A stretch of 64,000 nt of DNA, taken from NCBI GenBank assembly GCA_022813965.1, contig JALDZS010000081.1:1-64000 (forward strand). Reading direction: 5' to 3'. A program made the position numbers and the translations under genes. This document shows, in pieces, positions 1-14,114 of this stretch (its first letter is position 1; each line of letters begins with the position of its first letter). The notes under the pieces are model-generated. The model saw only the letters and a program-made list of their open reading frames with translations. It searched no databases and was not told the DNA's origin. This DNA is from Toensbergia leucococca. Its lineage: Eukaryota.

Positions 1-197
1 CAAATCCGCGGTGGGTGCTTTTCTACGAGCTGGTACTCACGAGTCGGGAATATATGCGCAGTAATATGCCGCTGCAGCCTGAGTGGTTGGTGGAGGCGGC
101 GCCGCATTATTATAAGAAGAAGGATTTGGAGACGCTTGGGGTGGGGAAGAAGATGCCCAAGGGGACGGGGGCGGTGGGGGAGAAGAGCTTGCTTTGA
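1..197 (+). CDS. 3' end (partial) of pre-mRNA splicing DEAH-box helicase, Prp2/DHX16 (S. pombe Cdc28)-like
   Basis: Frame from nt 3 reads NPRWVLFYELVLTSREYMRSNMPLQPEWLVEAAPHYYKKKDLE...KKMPK, the OB-fold C-terminus typical of Prp2/DHX16-family helicases; stop TGA at 195-197. The gene starts upstream of the window. Confidence 0.75.
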   Translation, partial: NPRWVLFYELVLTSREYMRSNMPLQPEWLVEAAPHYYKKKDLETLGVGKKMPKGTGAVGEKSLL

Positions 198-860
198 GGA
201 GGGGGGGGGGTGGGGGGGATGTTGATGGTTGTTGTTTGCGTGAGATTCTGTAGTTTGGCTATGGTGAATGAAGGCTTTTTATGGGATGGAGTGGGATGCC
301 AGTCTCTAAGCTTGGTAGTGAAATTGAAGAACAATCCAGAGTCTTAAAGGTTTAGAGCAATGTGAGGAAGAAGTGCAGCCTGCGTTTTCATTCTGAGAGA
401 CAGACGTGCCTTGGACACTTGAGGCTTTCTGCTTCAGGTATTGAGTCGGATTGTTATTCTCCAAATAGCCCAGGATGAAGCATGATTGTCGTTGCGCACT
501 ACAGAGAACACGACAGTGGGAATTAACGGTCGTAGATAACATGGCCAATCTCTCAGTGATGATTTGAATCCGCTTGTGGGCCAAATTGTGCTGAAGATGT
601 AGAGAACCCTTTCATCGACTCAGTCACCCAAAAGTCAATTCGCAAGATATCTTCAAGCTCGAGACATTTGGTCAAAGAGCCCACCAAAAGAACAAGATGG
701 CAAGATGTCATTCACTACCGCAGGCTAGAATCTGCAACATATATCCCTAGCACAACCCACTTGACAGACTGTGCTCAGAAGATAGCAGCCCAACCCTTCG
801 AGTAACCTAATCACCCCTAGAGAACAACCCCCCCCTTGATTGCAGCTCCTCAAACCCCAT

Positions 861-1817
861 CTACTCCTTCTTAGGCTCCTCATCCGCATCCCCACCTGTC
901 AATGCAGTCCTCTTGGCCGAAACCCGCTCCTGTCTCCGCTCGCGCGCGGCCTTGGTCTTGGCGCGCTTGGCGTCCATTTCCTCCTTCAAGATACGCTCGC
1001 GCTGTTTCTCGGCTTTGGCTTTGTGGATCTGTTGGTAGGATTTGGGTTAGTGATTTGACAATTTCTGCGGGGGATTTTGGAGGGGGGGGAGAGGACTTAC
1101 GTGCTCGACCAAGGCACGCTTGTGCTTGAAGGTATTTCCTTTGCTCAGATGGTAGAGCTCGTGATAGAGGTGCTTGTCGATCTTGCCCGAGGCGCGGTAT
1201 TTGACCAGGAGGCGACGGAGGACTCGGAGGCGACGCATCCATTGCACTTGACTAGCAGGTAGATGCAAGAATCAGCAGCTGATATTTCCCAAGATGAGGC
1301 TCTATATGATGCTGCACCCAGCACGGCCCCGATATTCAACGACAAAACAAGTATAGAAAAAAAGACTTCTTACGTAGGCATCCGAGCATCCGCTGTACCC
1401 TTCCTCTTACCAAATCCACGATGTCTCCCAATCCGTCTTGCGGCCGTCAATTCCCTCGCTCGAGCGCGCGAGTGCATTGTAACGGGCTTGCGGATGATGA
1501 GGCCATCAGACACAAGCTTGCGGATTGTCTGGCGGGAGTTTGCATTGGAGATCTCGTTGACTTCGTTGGGGTCGAGCCAGATTTTGCGCTTGCCGCAGCC
1601 TACAACCGAGGCGGCGAGACGTTTTTGGGTGCGAAGGTTCACCCTGATGGTCATGAGAGAATTAGCTTGTGGGTGTGTGATGGTGGTATTAGTGATTGCG
1701 GTGCTACTGCTGCTGCTGCTGAATGTGTTGTTACCCCGCAATCTCGAACTTTGAGCATTGCTTTTGACTTTGTGTAGGACGACAGAGTCTGAAGCCTAGA
1801 GAAGGGTAGCCTTACAT
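861..1817 (-). CDS. RPL19: 60S ribosomal protein L19 (eL19), 4 exons
   Basis: Spliced model: 1817-1816 (AT) / 1643-1374 / 1251-1101 / 1028-861. It gives [28 protein letters not shown]...[28 protein letters not shown]...[22 protein letters not shown]...KKE*. All three introns are GTAAG...YAG. Confidence 0.97.
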
Positions 1818-2028
1818 GTTGGGGTTTGGTTGTCGTCGTAATTTCAAGTATCAAGTGAAGTATGAAGTCTTGTCGTGGATGAGGGAGGAGTCACCGCTTA
1901 CGCTTAGCGAGTTCTCGGCCCACACACTAGGGCTTTAAACCGGACGAGTCAGCCATAAAATCGCATGCTCCAGAACCGGAAGCCTTCAATGCATCAAACA
2001 TCTTGAGATGGATTGATAACTGATCTGC

Positions 2029-4986
2029 TTAAAATGACATGTAATTCAAAATCATCCCCATCATTATCAACCCGGCCGCACCCAGCCCAACTTCTTTCTT
2101 TTTGGCCATCCCTGTGAATTGTGCAGCACCCGTCTTCGTCGCTGATCCTCCCAGCCCACTGTATATAAGCCCTCCCAAACCTTGACTATGGCTCTGAAGG
2201 ACCTGCGTGCTCCCTCCTACAACAATATCTGACGCTCCAGGCGCAAGGCTTACTACAGTCCCGCTGACTGTAATCGCCTCACCGGGACTGAGGGTTTGAC
2301 TACCGACAATATACTTGCTACCGGAAGTGGGTGTTAGAGTTAGGCCTGCTATTGCAAGGAGTGAGGGTGTTGCGTAGAGATTAGAAGTGACGCCGTTGAT
2401 TATTACGGCAGAGCCAGAGGGAGCGAGTGAGATGGTGGTGCCAGAGACTGTGATGGCAGACCCCGGCGTCAGTGTTTGGGAGCCAACGACATACTGCCCC
2501 GCTGCGTTGGGCGTTACTGTAGTTCCTGCTATGGTGAGGGCTGATGGGGCAGGTTGAGGGGTAGAGGTGACACCGTTGACTACGATGGCAGATCCGGAAG
2601 CAGCAAGGGAGATAGTGGTGTCAGAGACGGTGATAGCCGATCCTGGCGTGAGGGTTTGGGAGCCGACGACATACTGTCCCGCTGCGTTGGGTGTAATTAT
2701 AGTCCCTCCTATTGTGAGGGCTGATGGAGAGGGTTGAAGGGTGGAGGTGACGCCGTTGATTACGATGGCAGATCCGGAGGCGGCAACAGAGATAGTAGTG
2801 CCGGAAAGGGTGATAGGCGATCCTGGCGCGAGGGTTTGGGAGCCAACTACATACTTGCCTGCGGCGTTGGGTGTTATTATAGTCCCTCCTATTGTAAGAG
2901 CCGATATGGTGGGTTGAGGAGCAGAAGTGATTCCGTTGAATGCTACAAGTGCCGAAGCAGAAGGGGCGAGAGATATGGTAGTGCCGGAGACGACAATGGC
3001 GGATCCTGGTACAAGAGTCTGACTGCCAACAATGTACTGGCTTGCTGGATTGGGCGTGATTGCTGAACCAGCGATAGTGAGCACAGGAAGGTTTACTGGT
3101 CCAGCAGCCTGAATAGTTTGCGTAATTCCGCCTACTATCAGAGCTGTTGCAGATGGTGCAAGCGAGATCGCACTTCCGCTCACTGTAATCGCAGGAGATC
3201 CAGGAGCGAGGGTCTGAGTTCCTACAACGTACCGACTCGCGGAATTAGGCGTGATTACTGACCCAGCGATGGTGATCAGGGGAAGGGATGCCTGTTCAGT
3301 GACCTGGACAGCTTGCGTACTTCCGCCTATTATCAAAGCTGTAGCAGATGGCGCAAGTGAGATCTCGGTGCCGCCAACTGTAATTGCAGCAGAGCCTGGG
3401 GCCAATGTTTGACTTCCTACTACATATTGACTTGCAGAATTGGGAGCTATCGTTGAGCCAGCAAACGTTAACAACGGTGGCGAAGGCGACAGTGATGTTG
3501 CTTGCCCATTCGGGGAGCTTGCTGAGCCTGGGACTTGAGACTACAAAACAGCCCTCTGTTAGCTTTGAGTATTATCTTTTTGAAAATCCTACTAACATTT
3601 GATGCAAGGATGTTTGCGGTGACTGGAACATTACTTTCAGACCCAATAGCTGGTGCACTTCCAAGAGTCCCTGCAGAGCCTCCTGGAATCTGCGAAGTGA
3701 CTTGCCCAGATGATTCTTGGGTGGGTTCTGATGTCGCAACGCCGACCGAGACTTCTATAGCCGGTGAGCTAGGAGCAGTGCTGAAAACAGGATTTGTAGT
3801 GGCTACTACTGGGGCAGTCGTGCCGGCTAACAGCGCTGATATGGCTACAGTTGCGGCACTTGGATTCGAAAGTTCTTGCGGCGCTATTGAGGAGGCGGAG
3901 GGCGGGTTTTCCACAATTGAAATTGGTGTGTTCGCCGCCTGAGAAGGTGAAGTCGTAGCTGAGCCTACCGCAGGTTCAGATGCAGTTGGCGTTGGAGGCG
4001 TAATAACAGAGACAATTGTCTGTTCTGGAGGTGACGCAGTCGTAGGTGATGTGCTGGGAGGAGGGGTATCTGTATCTATGATAGTCGGAGTTGGCGGAGA
4101 ATTCGTAGACGAAGTGATGACTGCTATCGCTTTCGCAGTGAAAGAGGATGTGATAGTTAGGGCGTTAACTTTTTGAAGAGCGCTGGGTTCCCCGTCGGTG
4201 TCAGTTCTACAGCCGGTAGCATTGATTAGGCTCAAAAATGTTAATACAGAGGGGGCTGTATATTGGGATGTTCCAGTAGTGATGAAGGCCGTGGGTGTAG
4301 ATTCGTCTACCATGAACCCGTCTCCTGTAAAGCCTAGGTATGGAAAACCGGTGTTGTTGCGATCGGAGAAGCTTGGCGGGACGCAAGTGCTGGAAACGCC
4401 TGGACCGTTGCTGGACCATGTTGAGTAGCCAATATCGAATTCACCCCATCCATCATAAGTGTGGCCATATGTTCTGAGGCTCTTAATTAGCATACTTCTG
4501 TATGGTTGCTATTTGGAAGGGCCAAGTTTCGTACAAAGTGAAGCCGTCCACAATTACGCCTCCACTGATGGGGGTGACTGGACTGGTGTCACCGTTCTCA
4601 AAAAGATCGGGGGTACAAGAGCTCGCATTGGTATACATGGTAGAGGCTGATGTAACAAGAGTCCCATTTCCTGTAAAAACAGTCTCGAAGACTGTGGCTG
4701 CGGTACAATTGACCTCGTCGTCGTCACTGAAATCATACTCCTCGGTTTGGAAAAGTATAACGCATTGACCGCATTGATTTGGGGGCGCTGTGACGCCGGC
4801 GACAAGACTTGGGTAAGTCGTAGTGAAATTCTGATAGATGGGTACAGTCGTCGAAGGTGCTTTGGCAAGAACAGATCAGCTCGGATATTTCGACATGATG
4901 GTAAGACACATACCGATGACCGATGGGTGTGCATGGGCGAGGCCGAGGAAGCATGTCAGACTCAGGAGATATAGAGCATACAACAT
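2029..4986 (-). CDS. Secreted, putatively GPI-anchored Ser/Thr/Pro-rich cell-surface protein with seven ~60-aa repeats
   Basis: ATG 4986 gives the signal peptide MLYALYLLSLTCFLGLAHA. Three introns join a Cys-containing N-terminal region (PPNQCGQCVILF...TYGHTYDGWGEF), an S/T/P-rich stalk (ORF 3468-4493) and the repeat ORF 2029-3474. The C-terminus ...QFTGMAKKKEVGLGAAGLIMMGMILNYMSF resembles a GPI signal. Confidence 0.8.
2200..3474 (-). repeat. Intragenic tandem repeat, 7 units of ~180 nt / ~60 aa
   Basis: Consensus LTI(A/G)G(S/T)xITPNxA(G/S)QYVVGSQTLxPGSAITVSGTTISLAPSxSAIVxNG. The DNA periodicity of 180 nt is visible at 2401/2581/2761. Confidence 0.9.
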
Positions 4987-5638
4987 GATGGTCGGTATAT
5001 GTACAGTCTTCCTCGTTCAACGCTCCTGCGCATGAAGAGGAGAAGACTCTCAACGTCCAAGGTCTTGAGCATCTTTGCGGTTTGCATTTTGCACAGCCAG
5101 ATCAACGAGCGGCACAGAACAGTAGCCTGTTTGAGCTGCCTGGATTAGTGTTGACGATGGATTGAGCTATCTGAAGCTATCTGAAGCTATTAAAAGTGGC
5201 ACCACTACTAGGGACCAATCAAAGTCTCACAATCTCGATGGGCTGCGCCTTGTCATTTTAAGGTTATTTCAGCCGTCGGCCCTACCAGGATATCAACCTC
5301 CGATGATACAACCGAGGCGAGGTGTAAAATACATGATCACATCACTATCTGCGTCTACGAGTACTCCGTAAGGTACGTACAGATACGAGTAAGAGCAGAG
5401 TACAGAGTCCTAAGTACTCCGTACCGCATGTTCTAATTTGACTTGGAAGAGTCCAATTATTCTCAAGGAGATCTTATCTGTACAGATTCAAACCGCGACA
5501 ATGGAAGAGAATCGTACCTTGTGACTCTGATATCCTATCCTCCAGATGAACTGGGTAGAACGCCTCGCTATGCTTGACTCCCTTGGCTTTATTTGCCTAC
5601 CGGTACTTTTGTCATTTCTCATAGACCTCGAATTCCCC

Positions 5639-8600
5639 TTATTCATCCCCAAATCCTCCTTCCCCCAATTCCACCTTCCCAACACTCCAGATCTCCCGTT
5701 CATCTTCTCGCTCATCATTGGAAAGACCAAGTCCGCCTTGGCCTCCCTCCGCTTCTTTTCTTTCCCGCGCTTGCGTGCCCAGCCTGCTTGCAATCCGCTT
5801 GAAATAGTCTTGCATACTCTTCTTTACGCTTGCATTCAACCCTGCTCCAGCACCTGCTATGTACTTATCGAATACCATATTTTCCGACTCCACGACTGAA
5901 AAGATTGCAAGAAATGCCGCCTCAGCCGCAAGCTTAATAGGAATGACTGGGTCGCGGACGCTAGCGAAGATTGGTGGGGCAAGCAGCGAGATGTGCGGTC
6001 TTACTATGTCGCTGTACTTACGGCTCACAGTACGGATCACCACAAGCGATAAGCGTCGAGTGTCAATGGGACCGCCAGGCTGTATCGATGCCGCAAGAGC
6101 TTCCAATATTGACCTAGAAATCTCAAAGCTGGTGCTGCTTTGAGCAGTTAGAAAGTATTTACCGGCTGCCAATACGCAATTATCTGATATAAACGTCTAT
6201 TGGAATTTGTTAGCAGCCTACAATTTGGCAATCTTCATGGAACGCCTACAATTTTGCTTTTAATGCCTTGACATATAATTGAGGGGGTTTCTTGTGCGAA
6301 CCCTTCCACTAATGAGGCTGGTGATTCAAGGAGCACCGAATTAAGGCTTAGTACAGAGGCATTGCTCATGTGCGTCGTTATCACGCGGTGTCTACAACAC
6401 TGCGTCAGCTAATTTAGATTCAACGACGGCTTTAGCAAAGATAGCCTCACTTCATTAGTCCCACAGCGATTGTAGGAGGGAGGTTTTTGATCAAAGCGCC
6501 AAAGAGTCGTGCGTTAGTAATTGTCACCGAATCTGTCTTGCGGTTAAAACCTTAAGATTTAATAGTAAGCGTATCCACCTTACCATCTGTGTTGCTGAGA
6601 TCGCCGTCGATGAGGCCCAATATCGAGGTTCGGGATGCTTCATTCATGTTTGATCCAGCCTTGCTCACAACTTCATACAATGCTTTGAGCATAGCGTTCC
6701 GTACACCGGAATCCGGTGTTTTTGAGCCCGTCACAAGTTCTGATATAAAGCATTAGTATCAAAGAGAATGATACATTTATACCCACACACCTGCAATAAG
6801 AGGATCTATTCGGGGTGTCATCGTTATCAGAGTACCTAACGCTTTGGCTGCTCTTGACCTCAAGACCTCACTCGAAGTATCAGCCAAGGATTTTGCAAAC
6901 GTTCGTTGGAGCTGAGGTAGGAAGGGTTTCAAAAATGTAGGGATCTTCTCAAGTAGATTATTCAACGTGAGTAGAATTGCGCCTAGTGTACTGTTAGCAA
7001 GGCTATCCGTTGCTGGGGACGAGCAAGAGACCCACATTTTACATCTACGGAGCGTTCTGAGACGACTCGAATCAGTGGTCCAGTGATTTGGGTAACGAAA
7101 GGCTTGAGCGCGTCTACACTTGTACGATCAATGATATCGGAAATCGCCAAGGCTGATTGGGTGCGTTGCTCGGCTGTCCCGTTCATTAGGCCTTGTAAAA
7201 AGATCGGCAGTATGGCATTGATTCCTTTTGGCACTCCGAAGCCAGGAAGATTGGCTCCAGGTACACCGACCTGCTGGAGGATCTGGCGGGTCGAGAAAAC
7301 AAGGGACTCCATTTCTTCCTTTCGTAGATGTTTGGTCAGCTCTGTTAAGGCCCCATGAGCTGCCATGACAACCTCAACATCTTGATCATCGAAAGATATC
7401 AACAATGCGCGAATAAGATCCTGGTAGTAGCGAGAGAAATCCACTTCGGAATTGGCAAAGAAATTGCTGAGGTGACGACTCGCATCGGCGCGCTTTCGGT
7501 GGTCGTTGTGCTTAATTAGAGCTAGCATTACACTCATTGCAGTGTTCAAGCCATCGAACTCGTCGACAGAAAGGAGTATAGCACCAAAAGCGCCATCCAA
7601 ATCCGAGTGAAGCTCTTCGTCGTTGCAAATTACAAGATCATCAATAAGCGCGTTGAGGATGGTCGGCAATCTTCGGGTCATCGCTGGTCCCGCGACCTGC
7701 GACAAGGAAGCGATAGCTCTAGCATTGAAAGGGGTGATGGGAGACACTAGAAGAGTTGGTACAAGATTGGGAAGAATGATGTTCGATCTCGTGTTATCAG
7801 TAAGCAGGGTCAGCAGCGCCGATAGGGCTGTATCAGCTCCACTGTCGGTTCTCAGAAGGTTTAAGAGGTATGGCAATACCTGGTCAACGGCTTTCTTACC
7901 GAAAATCTTCTGCAAAGAATCGAAGGCTTCGGCAGCCGCTTCACGAACCTCGTCGTCAGGATCAACCAATGCTATACGAACTACCGATATCAGGGTTTTC
8001 TCATAATCTTCGAGAGCTTCTAGCGAGGCTGAAGAAATGATCTCTCGAAGTGCAATGCAAATGCCTTGCTTGTTGTCTGTATCCATCGACGTCTGCAGGC
8101 CTTCCTCCAAGGTTGGCAATAGACTTGCAAGTACTCCTTCTCCAGCTTTTCGGATGAGTTCTCCGAGGGCATTCCCGGCAATGACCTTCTGCTCCATATT
8201 TGAACTTGCTAGTCGACGGATTATGAGTTGCGTGAGTGTAGGCACAAGCTCCTTCAAGGTCCTAGGCGTTGCCACCAATGCTTTCCACACATTAATGGCC
8301 GCACTTCGAACCAACCCAGAGGTATCACATCGGCAAACATAAAGCGAGGAGAGAATCTTGTTCCGCTTCTCTTCGCCCAGTACCTCAAGCAAAGATTGCC
8401 CAGCTTCTGCTGCGCCTTCCTCTTCTTCCTCCTCTTGTTCAGTCTTGCCACTTATGCCAGTAAGATTGAATAGAAGATCGCCTACCAATTCTACTGAGCT
8501 CAGGCGAATTCGATAGCTGTCATCTGCAAGGCCTCGATCAAGTTCCGGAAGTAGAAGGTCTATAGCCCTTGTCGCAAAGTTCTTTACAAGCAATCTACCA

Positions 8601-11600
8601 GCTCGCAAGGATGTCTCTCGGATTGACTCGATCTCATCTGCCAGCCCAGACAATATAGGTGGTATTATTTTGCTCAGATAGGCAGCAAAGCTGTTTCCGA
8701 AGCATGCAGGCAGAAATATGAATAATGACATGAAGCCTTCGCGGACAGTTGGCTTGGTGCTAGCTACGTTCTGGAGGATCGTGGGCAGAGTCTCCTCCAA
8801 TCGTCCAGTCCCAAGGCCAGCAAGAACCTCACTGAGGGCTTGAGCGGAGCCTAATCTATCTCCTGCACCACTTTCTGATTTCAAGGTCGACATCAGACCT
8901 GGTATAAGATCCGGCAATGCGTCTTCGCCGAGTTTCTCCACCAGGGATCCAAGTGCCTTGGATGCTGTAGCCCGCGTCGTAGGTACTGGATCTACTATAG
9001 CGAGCTTCAACCCAGTGACCAAAATTGGTAGATGTGATATAAGGTCTTTCCGTTCCGTCAAATGTGCCAAGCTTCCAATTATCTGGGCAGACTTCCGCTT
9101 CGTGGCTGATCGATCTCCCAGGCCTCGTTCGAGAATTCGAACAATAAGAGCAAGAGAAGGCGAATCGAGGTAGTGGATAAAGGAGACTTTGATCAGCGCA
9201 TCTAGAGCTTCATCAGCGTACTTTGTAGGATCACTCAGGGCCCTGAGCAAGATGCCAACGAGTCCTTTGACTTCCGGATTACTAATAACTTCCCCAAAGC
9301 GTTGCAGGCTGCGATTTGCTGATGCCCTCACATCTTTGTGACTATCGTTCAGTACATTGGTGAGGGGCGGTATGATGTCCGGCAGACTGAGAGCTAGTTG
9401 CTGCGGATTCAAGTATGCCATGGCCCCAAGCAAGTCACAGGCCCCTTTCTTACTTCTCCACTGTTGTTCGTCTAGTCCATCTAACAGAGTTGGTAGAATG
9501 ACCTTGACTCCATACGAGCTAAGACTGGCGAAGCAGATCTTAGCTGCATCTAAGCAAGCCTCGCGTACATCAGTACTGGAATCTGAGAAACTTGACAACA
9601 GCTGCGGCACAATTTGGATGATCCATGGTTCGAACACTCGGCCAAGTATAAGTGACAACAGCTCATAAGCAAATAGAGCGCCTTGGCGATGGTTTTGATC
9701 CTTCTTATTATCGATGGCAGCCCTTAGTGTTGACATGATTCGAAATTCACGCAAAGCTAAGACACCTCTCCCACTGACTATGCCAGCCAAACCATATGCG
9801 CCACCTCTTCGGGCGGCATACTTTTTAGATTGGAAGAGCTGGTCCAGAACTAGTTGAACATACTCCGACGTTTTATGGCCTGAGGTCCGGATCAAAGGTG
9901 GTAAGCATGCGGCAACTGCATACTGCACAGTCTCTGAAGGCGTATTCAAGGTCAAAAGTAGTCTATGGACTACCTTTGGGACCCGTTCATCGCCGTCGTG
10001 GAGGTGGCGAGCAAGAGCACCGTAAAGAACAACCACTGCCTCATTAACAAGATCAGAAGCGTTAGAATTCTTTTCGGACTCTTCAAGGGTAACCTCAAAC
10101 ATCCTCATAAGGTCTTCGACCTTTTCAGAGCCGTGTGCTGAAATGACTCTTATCGCACTCTCGATCATCTCATCCCTCACCAAGGCATTGCGGTCACCAA
10201 GAGCGCTGTCCTTAATTAGGAAATCGACAAACGATACAATTTTTGCTGCATCGAATGTGGGTGCCAGTTCTCTGAACGCCAATGCTATCCCGCTTCTTGC
10301 TTCCCAAGGATCTAGGATTTCCACCTTCTTGAGCATCCCGAACTCATCACGTTCTGGCAACCGTGGTTTGGACAGTTCACGGTATTGCTCTTCGAGGCTT
10401 TCTAATATGTCGGCAAACTTTTGGACGTCTTCAGAGATGCAACCTGCTAGGGCTCGCGCGGCTGCTCGTCGGAGTTGTTTGTCTGTGCTTGCAAGATATG
10501 GCACGAGCTTCACTGCATCGTTAGGCTCAACTTCCAAGGCGTTCTCTTGCCATATGGCCCGTCCTAGCTCCGAATTTTCATCATTGTCATCGTGACTCGC
10601 TAACCAAATTTCCTCGCAAAAGTCAAGATCAGTCAGGTCAATATGCTCCCTGATAGCTTGCAGTACAGAGGTCCGGACGGAAGCTTCAGGAACCAAAGTA
10701 CCCTTCAAAACAACTGCAATCTCGGCAGCAGATATGTTGGGTGAGATCGCCCTGCACAGGTCGGAAAAACAGTCCTTAGTGATCTTATAATGCTTCGAAT
10801 AATTTTGCATAGAATAAGTCAACAGTGATAGGACTTCGCCACGTGGTAAACTTGAACGTGAGACTGAATTGAGTTAGTGCATCGACCAATCGCATTTTTC
10901 ATGGCGTACTCACAAGCATCTGCATGGAAAGACAGGAACTCTAATGCGAGAGTCACTTGTTCGTCAACTTCATCGACATCCGAATAGCCGACTCCTTTTC
11001 CTCGCAATACTATAGAGATTAAAGGCAACATATAGCTCAAAGATACACTGTCAAATTGAAGATGCTCGCTGGTTAGCCGAAGACGATAAAGCACTCTAGT
11101 GACAAGGTCTAAAGAATATCAGCTTTAGAAATCAATCGCACCATCGCTGTGATCATACCCCCTAGTGGCTCTTGCTCAAGGCCGTCTGGCAAATTTGAGG
11201 AGCCCAAAGCGCGAAGTGTAGCCACTCCGATAAAGCGTCTAGTGGAGCCCAACCGGGAAGATACGAAATTAGCGCAAGAGATGTAGGCCTCATCAGCAGC
11301 ATTCCCTACCAAGAGCCCAACACCGGCAGACACAAGGTCACTGAGAGCTCTCAGGGATGGGCCCATCCATGCCTCCGCCTGGGTTGGCGGCCCAACGGCC
11401 AGGCCCTGAATCATTCCGATACCTCTCTTCAATTTCCTCTCGAGTTGCAATACATTTCGCCTGATTACAGATTCCTTGAGTACTTGAGCATCAATCTTGG
11501 CTTGTTCATCGGCAGTCAGTTTTCTCTGTTGACCCTTTTTCTGCGCTACTTGACTTCGAATCTCCTCCTCCCATTTCATGGTGTCGTAGTCTCGGGCATT

Positions 11601-14114
11601 TTTATCAAGTGTATAAGTTTGGCCCTTCTTGGCAAGTACATCAATAAAGGCAATTCCTTCTGGAGCGCGTGCAATTGCAACCTCAGTAGGTCCAAACGCA
11701 CGAAAATCTTTGACAAGTAAATCATTTTTTATTTTCTCAATCAACAAAGTAGTGAGGGTGTCAGGTGCCACAAACGCCAATTCAGCAGCAGCGTTGCATG
11801 CTGCCATATCAATTAAAGCAGAAGGTCTCTGGTGGTCATCATCACTGAAAAAGGAGTAAACCCGATCTAAGCACTGCGTACCTTTCGCACCTGCCAGAGC
11901 TCCGGGATCTTGACCGACCCTCAGACACACTTCGATCCAACTCACTTGCGGTAGAATTTCTGGACGACAAAGAACAAGCATGTCTATAAGCTGAATTTGC
12001 AAGACTTCAAAATCGATGCTTTTATGTGCAAGCTGCCACTGGGTTAGGACCGGACAGATAGACCGCACAACGAGGTGCAAATTCGTGTTTCCTGTTTTAG
12101 CTATCACCGCCGCCGTATCTTTATCTGTTGAGCTAATGTGGTGATGCCAATTCCACAGTCCTTGCACGACGAGCTTGGCTATAATTGTAGGTTTAGCAAT
12201 GTAAGCTTCCGTCAATGCAGCCGTTGCATCCTTCCGAACATCAGAAGGAATAGTAGCTGCAGTTATCAGGTACACTATAGCTTGGACCCACGCCTCACCG
12301 GCAGGCGATGATTCCCCGAGCGTTACAAGATCATTCGAACAACTGACCAGAGCACGAATGGCCCACACCATGTCTTCATGCCCCGAAATTTTTGTGTATA
12401 TTTTGTGATTCAGTAGAAATGACGGTTTTAACTTAACCGCGAGCGCTTGATCGTGTACCCTAGCTTTACGAATCAGTGTCTCGATCTTGTTATCATCGAC
12501 TACCGTAGAGACAAATGTAGATAATGCCGTGGTTACGTAGGCAGCTGTGATCAAACCTGAGTGGCCTGCTGGCAAAGGACTGACCAGTACTTCATCAAAA
12601 AGTTCCAACATTTTTGGCATGACAGCTCTAAGAAATTGCATGGCCTGTGTGGTTTGGACGGATTGATCTTTTAGTAGCCACAGCAAATCTCCAGCTCTTA
12701 CAGCCCACATCTTCCGAACGGACAATCTCCTATCACTCAAGCCACTGGTGAACACAGCAATGGCCGAGACTTCAACATTACTGGCGGTCCCGGGTAACAC
12801 AATATAAGTGAAATGGTGCACCAAAGCGCTGGCTTCGCTACTAAGCGCCGCCTCATTTGGTTCCTTGGAGATGGTTGCGGCTAGACCATTGCATATTCTT
12901 CCTGATCGGGATTCAACGAATTGTATTGCAGACAGCATTCTAGCAAAGAGAGTGCGTTGCTCAGCGGCAGCAATTTTTGAGGTTGTTAGCGGTACAAGAA
13001 TGTCATCTATAATGCTTTCGAGTAATATGACATCGTGGGACTGGTTGACGAGGACTGCAAATGTCGAAACCGCCCCATTGCGGTTATCAGAGTTGGTAGA
13101 CCTTATATTTGACAGAAGTGGCTTGAGTAAATGTTTTCCCAAAGGTTCAGCTAGATCGATGTCTAAAGGCAGGGACTTGACCATACTTGACACTACATCA
13201 TCCAAGACAACTTCGGGGGCTCTCAAGAGTGCTTTCTCAAGTGCAGGGACTATTTCCTGAAGCAAGTCTTCTAGAGTGACGAAGTTGGCGAAGAAATCCT
13301 CAAAAGCAGTTGCAATATGATGCGGTATGGGGAAACGTGATCCAACCAATTCTCGAACGTAGAACGAGAGAAAACGATTCTTATTGGCCTCGATTACTGG
13401 CTTCATTGTAGGCAGACGTGTACCGACTCCGGCCACGACACCCAAAAGGACCGCACTCTTAAGCCCCAAGGGTTGGCTTTTTGCGGTAAGTTGAGCCACT
13501 ATCGCAATGGCTGCATCTTCGCCTATCTTTGTATTCCTGAAAATCTTGCGTAGAGCTCTCCGAGCAGCGACCAAGGCAGACTGCTTAACACTACGTCTAA
13601 TTTTGGAAGAAAGGCATAGCTCCAAAACCCGTGCTTCCGACAATATGATATTGAGTCCGTAGATTTTCCAAACCTCTGCATCCACTGAGCAATACTGTAA
13701 AAATATGGAACCCCACTCAACGAGAACAAAGGCATTCGAAGAGGCAATACCCACTTTAGAGGTCTCTTTGCCAAATGCATCGAATAGTACAGGCACACAG
13801 TTAGTGTACTGGGCATTTGAAAGCAGTGCTCTTAGACAGTCTTGAACTGCTCGACGAGACCTTCGGTCATGATAGAAAGGATAGGTTTTGAACAGGATAC
13901 GAACTAGATCTCCAGAGGTACTGGTCGAAATGGCTGAGACATCAGTTAATCGGTATGGTTATCATCAAGAAGCTGACTTACTGGAGTTTAATATCTTTTG
14001 GTATAGGGCGGATAATTGCGCTGTGCGCTGGTTTGTAGAGCTCGAGAGTAGTAGTGTGTCTAGACCACTCAGGTCCTTTTCCTGATCAGGTTCCTCCCCC
14101 ATGACCTCGTACAT
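5639..14114 (-). CDS. GCN1: Translational activator GCN1 (HEAT-repeat eIF2alpha kinase Gcn2 activator), multi-exon
   Basis: ORFs 11109-13796, 6983-10822, 6777-7037, 6552-6734 and 5639-6172 join through short GT-AG introns. Hallmarks: [73 protein letters not shown]. Start is ATG 14114 or 14102 (MGEEPDQEK...). Confidence 0.95.

Noticed and set aside
198..218. Poly-G tract after the helicase stop codon (possible G-quadruplex)
   Set aside because: Simple homopolymer runs are common in these 3' regions and error-prone in assemblies; no further support.
7083..13260. Many 60-150 aa plus-strand ORFs inside GCN1 (likewise antisense ORFs in DNMT5, DPB2, FLC and others)
   Set aside because: Antisense shadows of long coding exons; no independent motifs.
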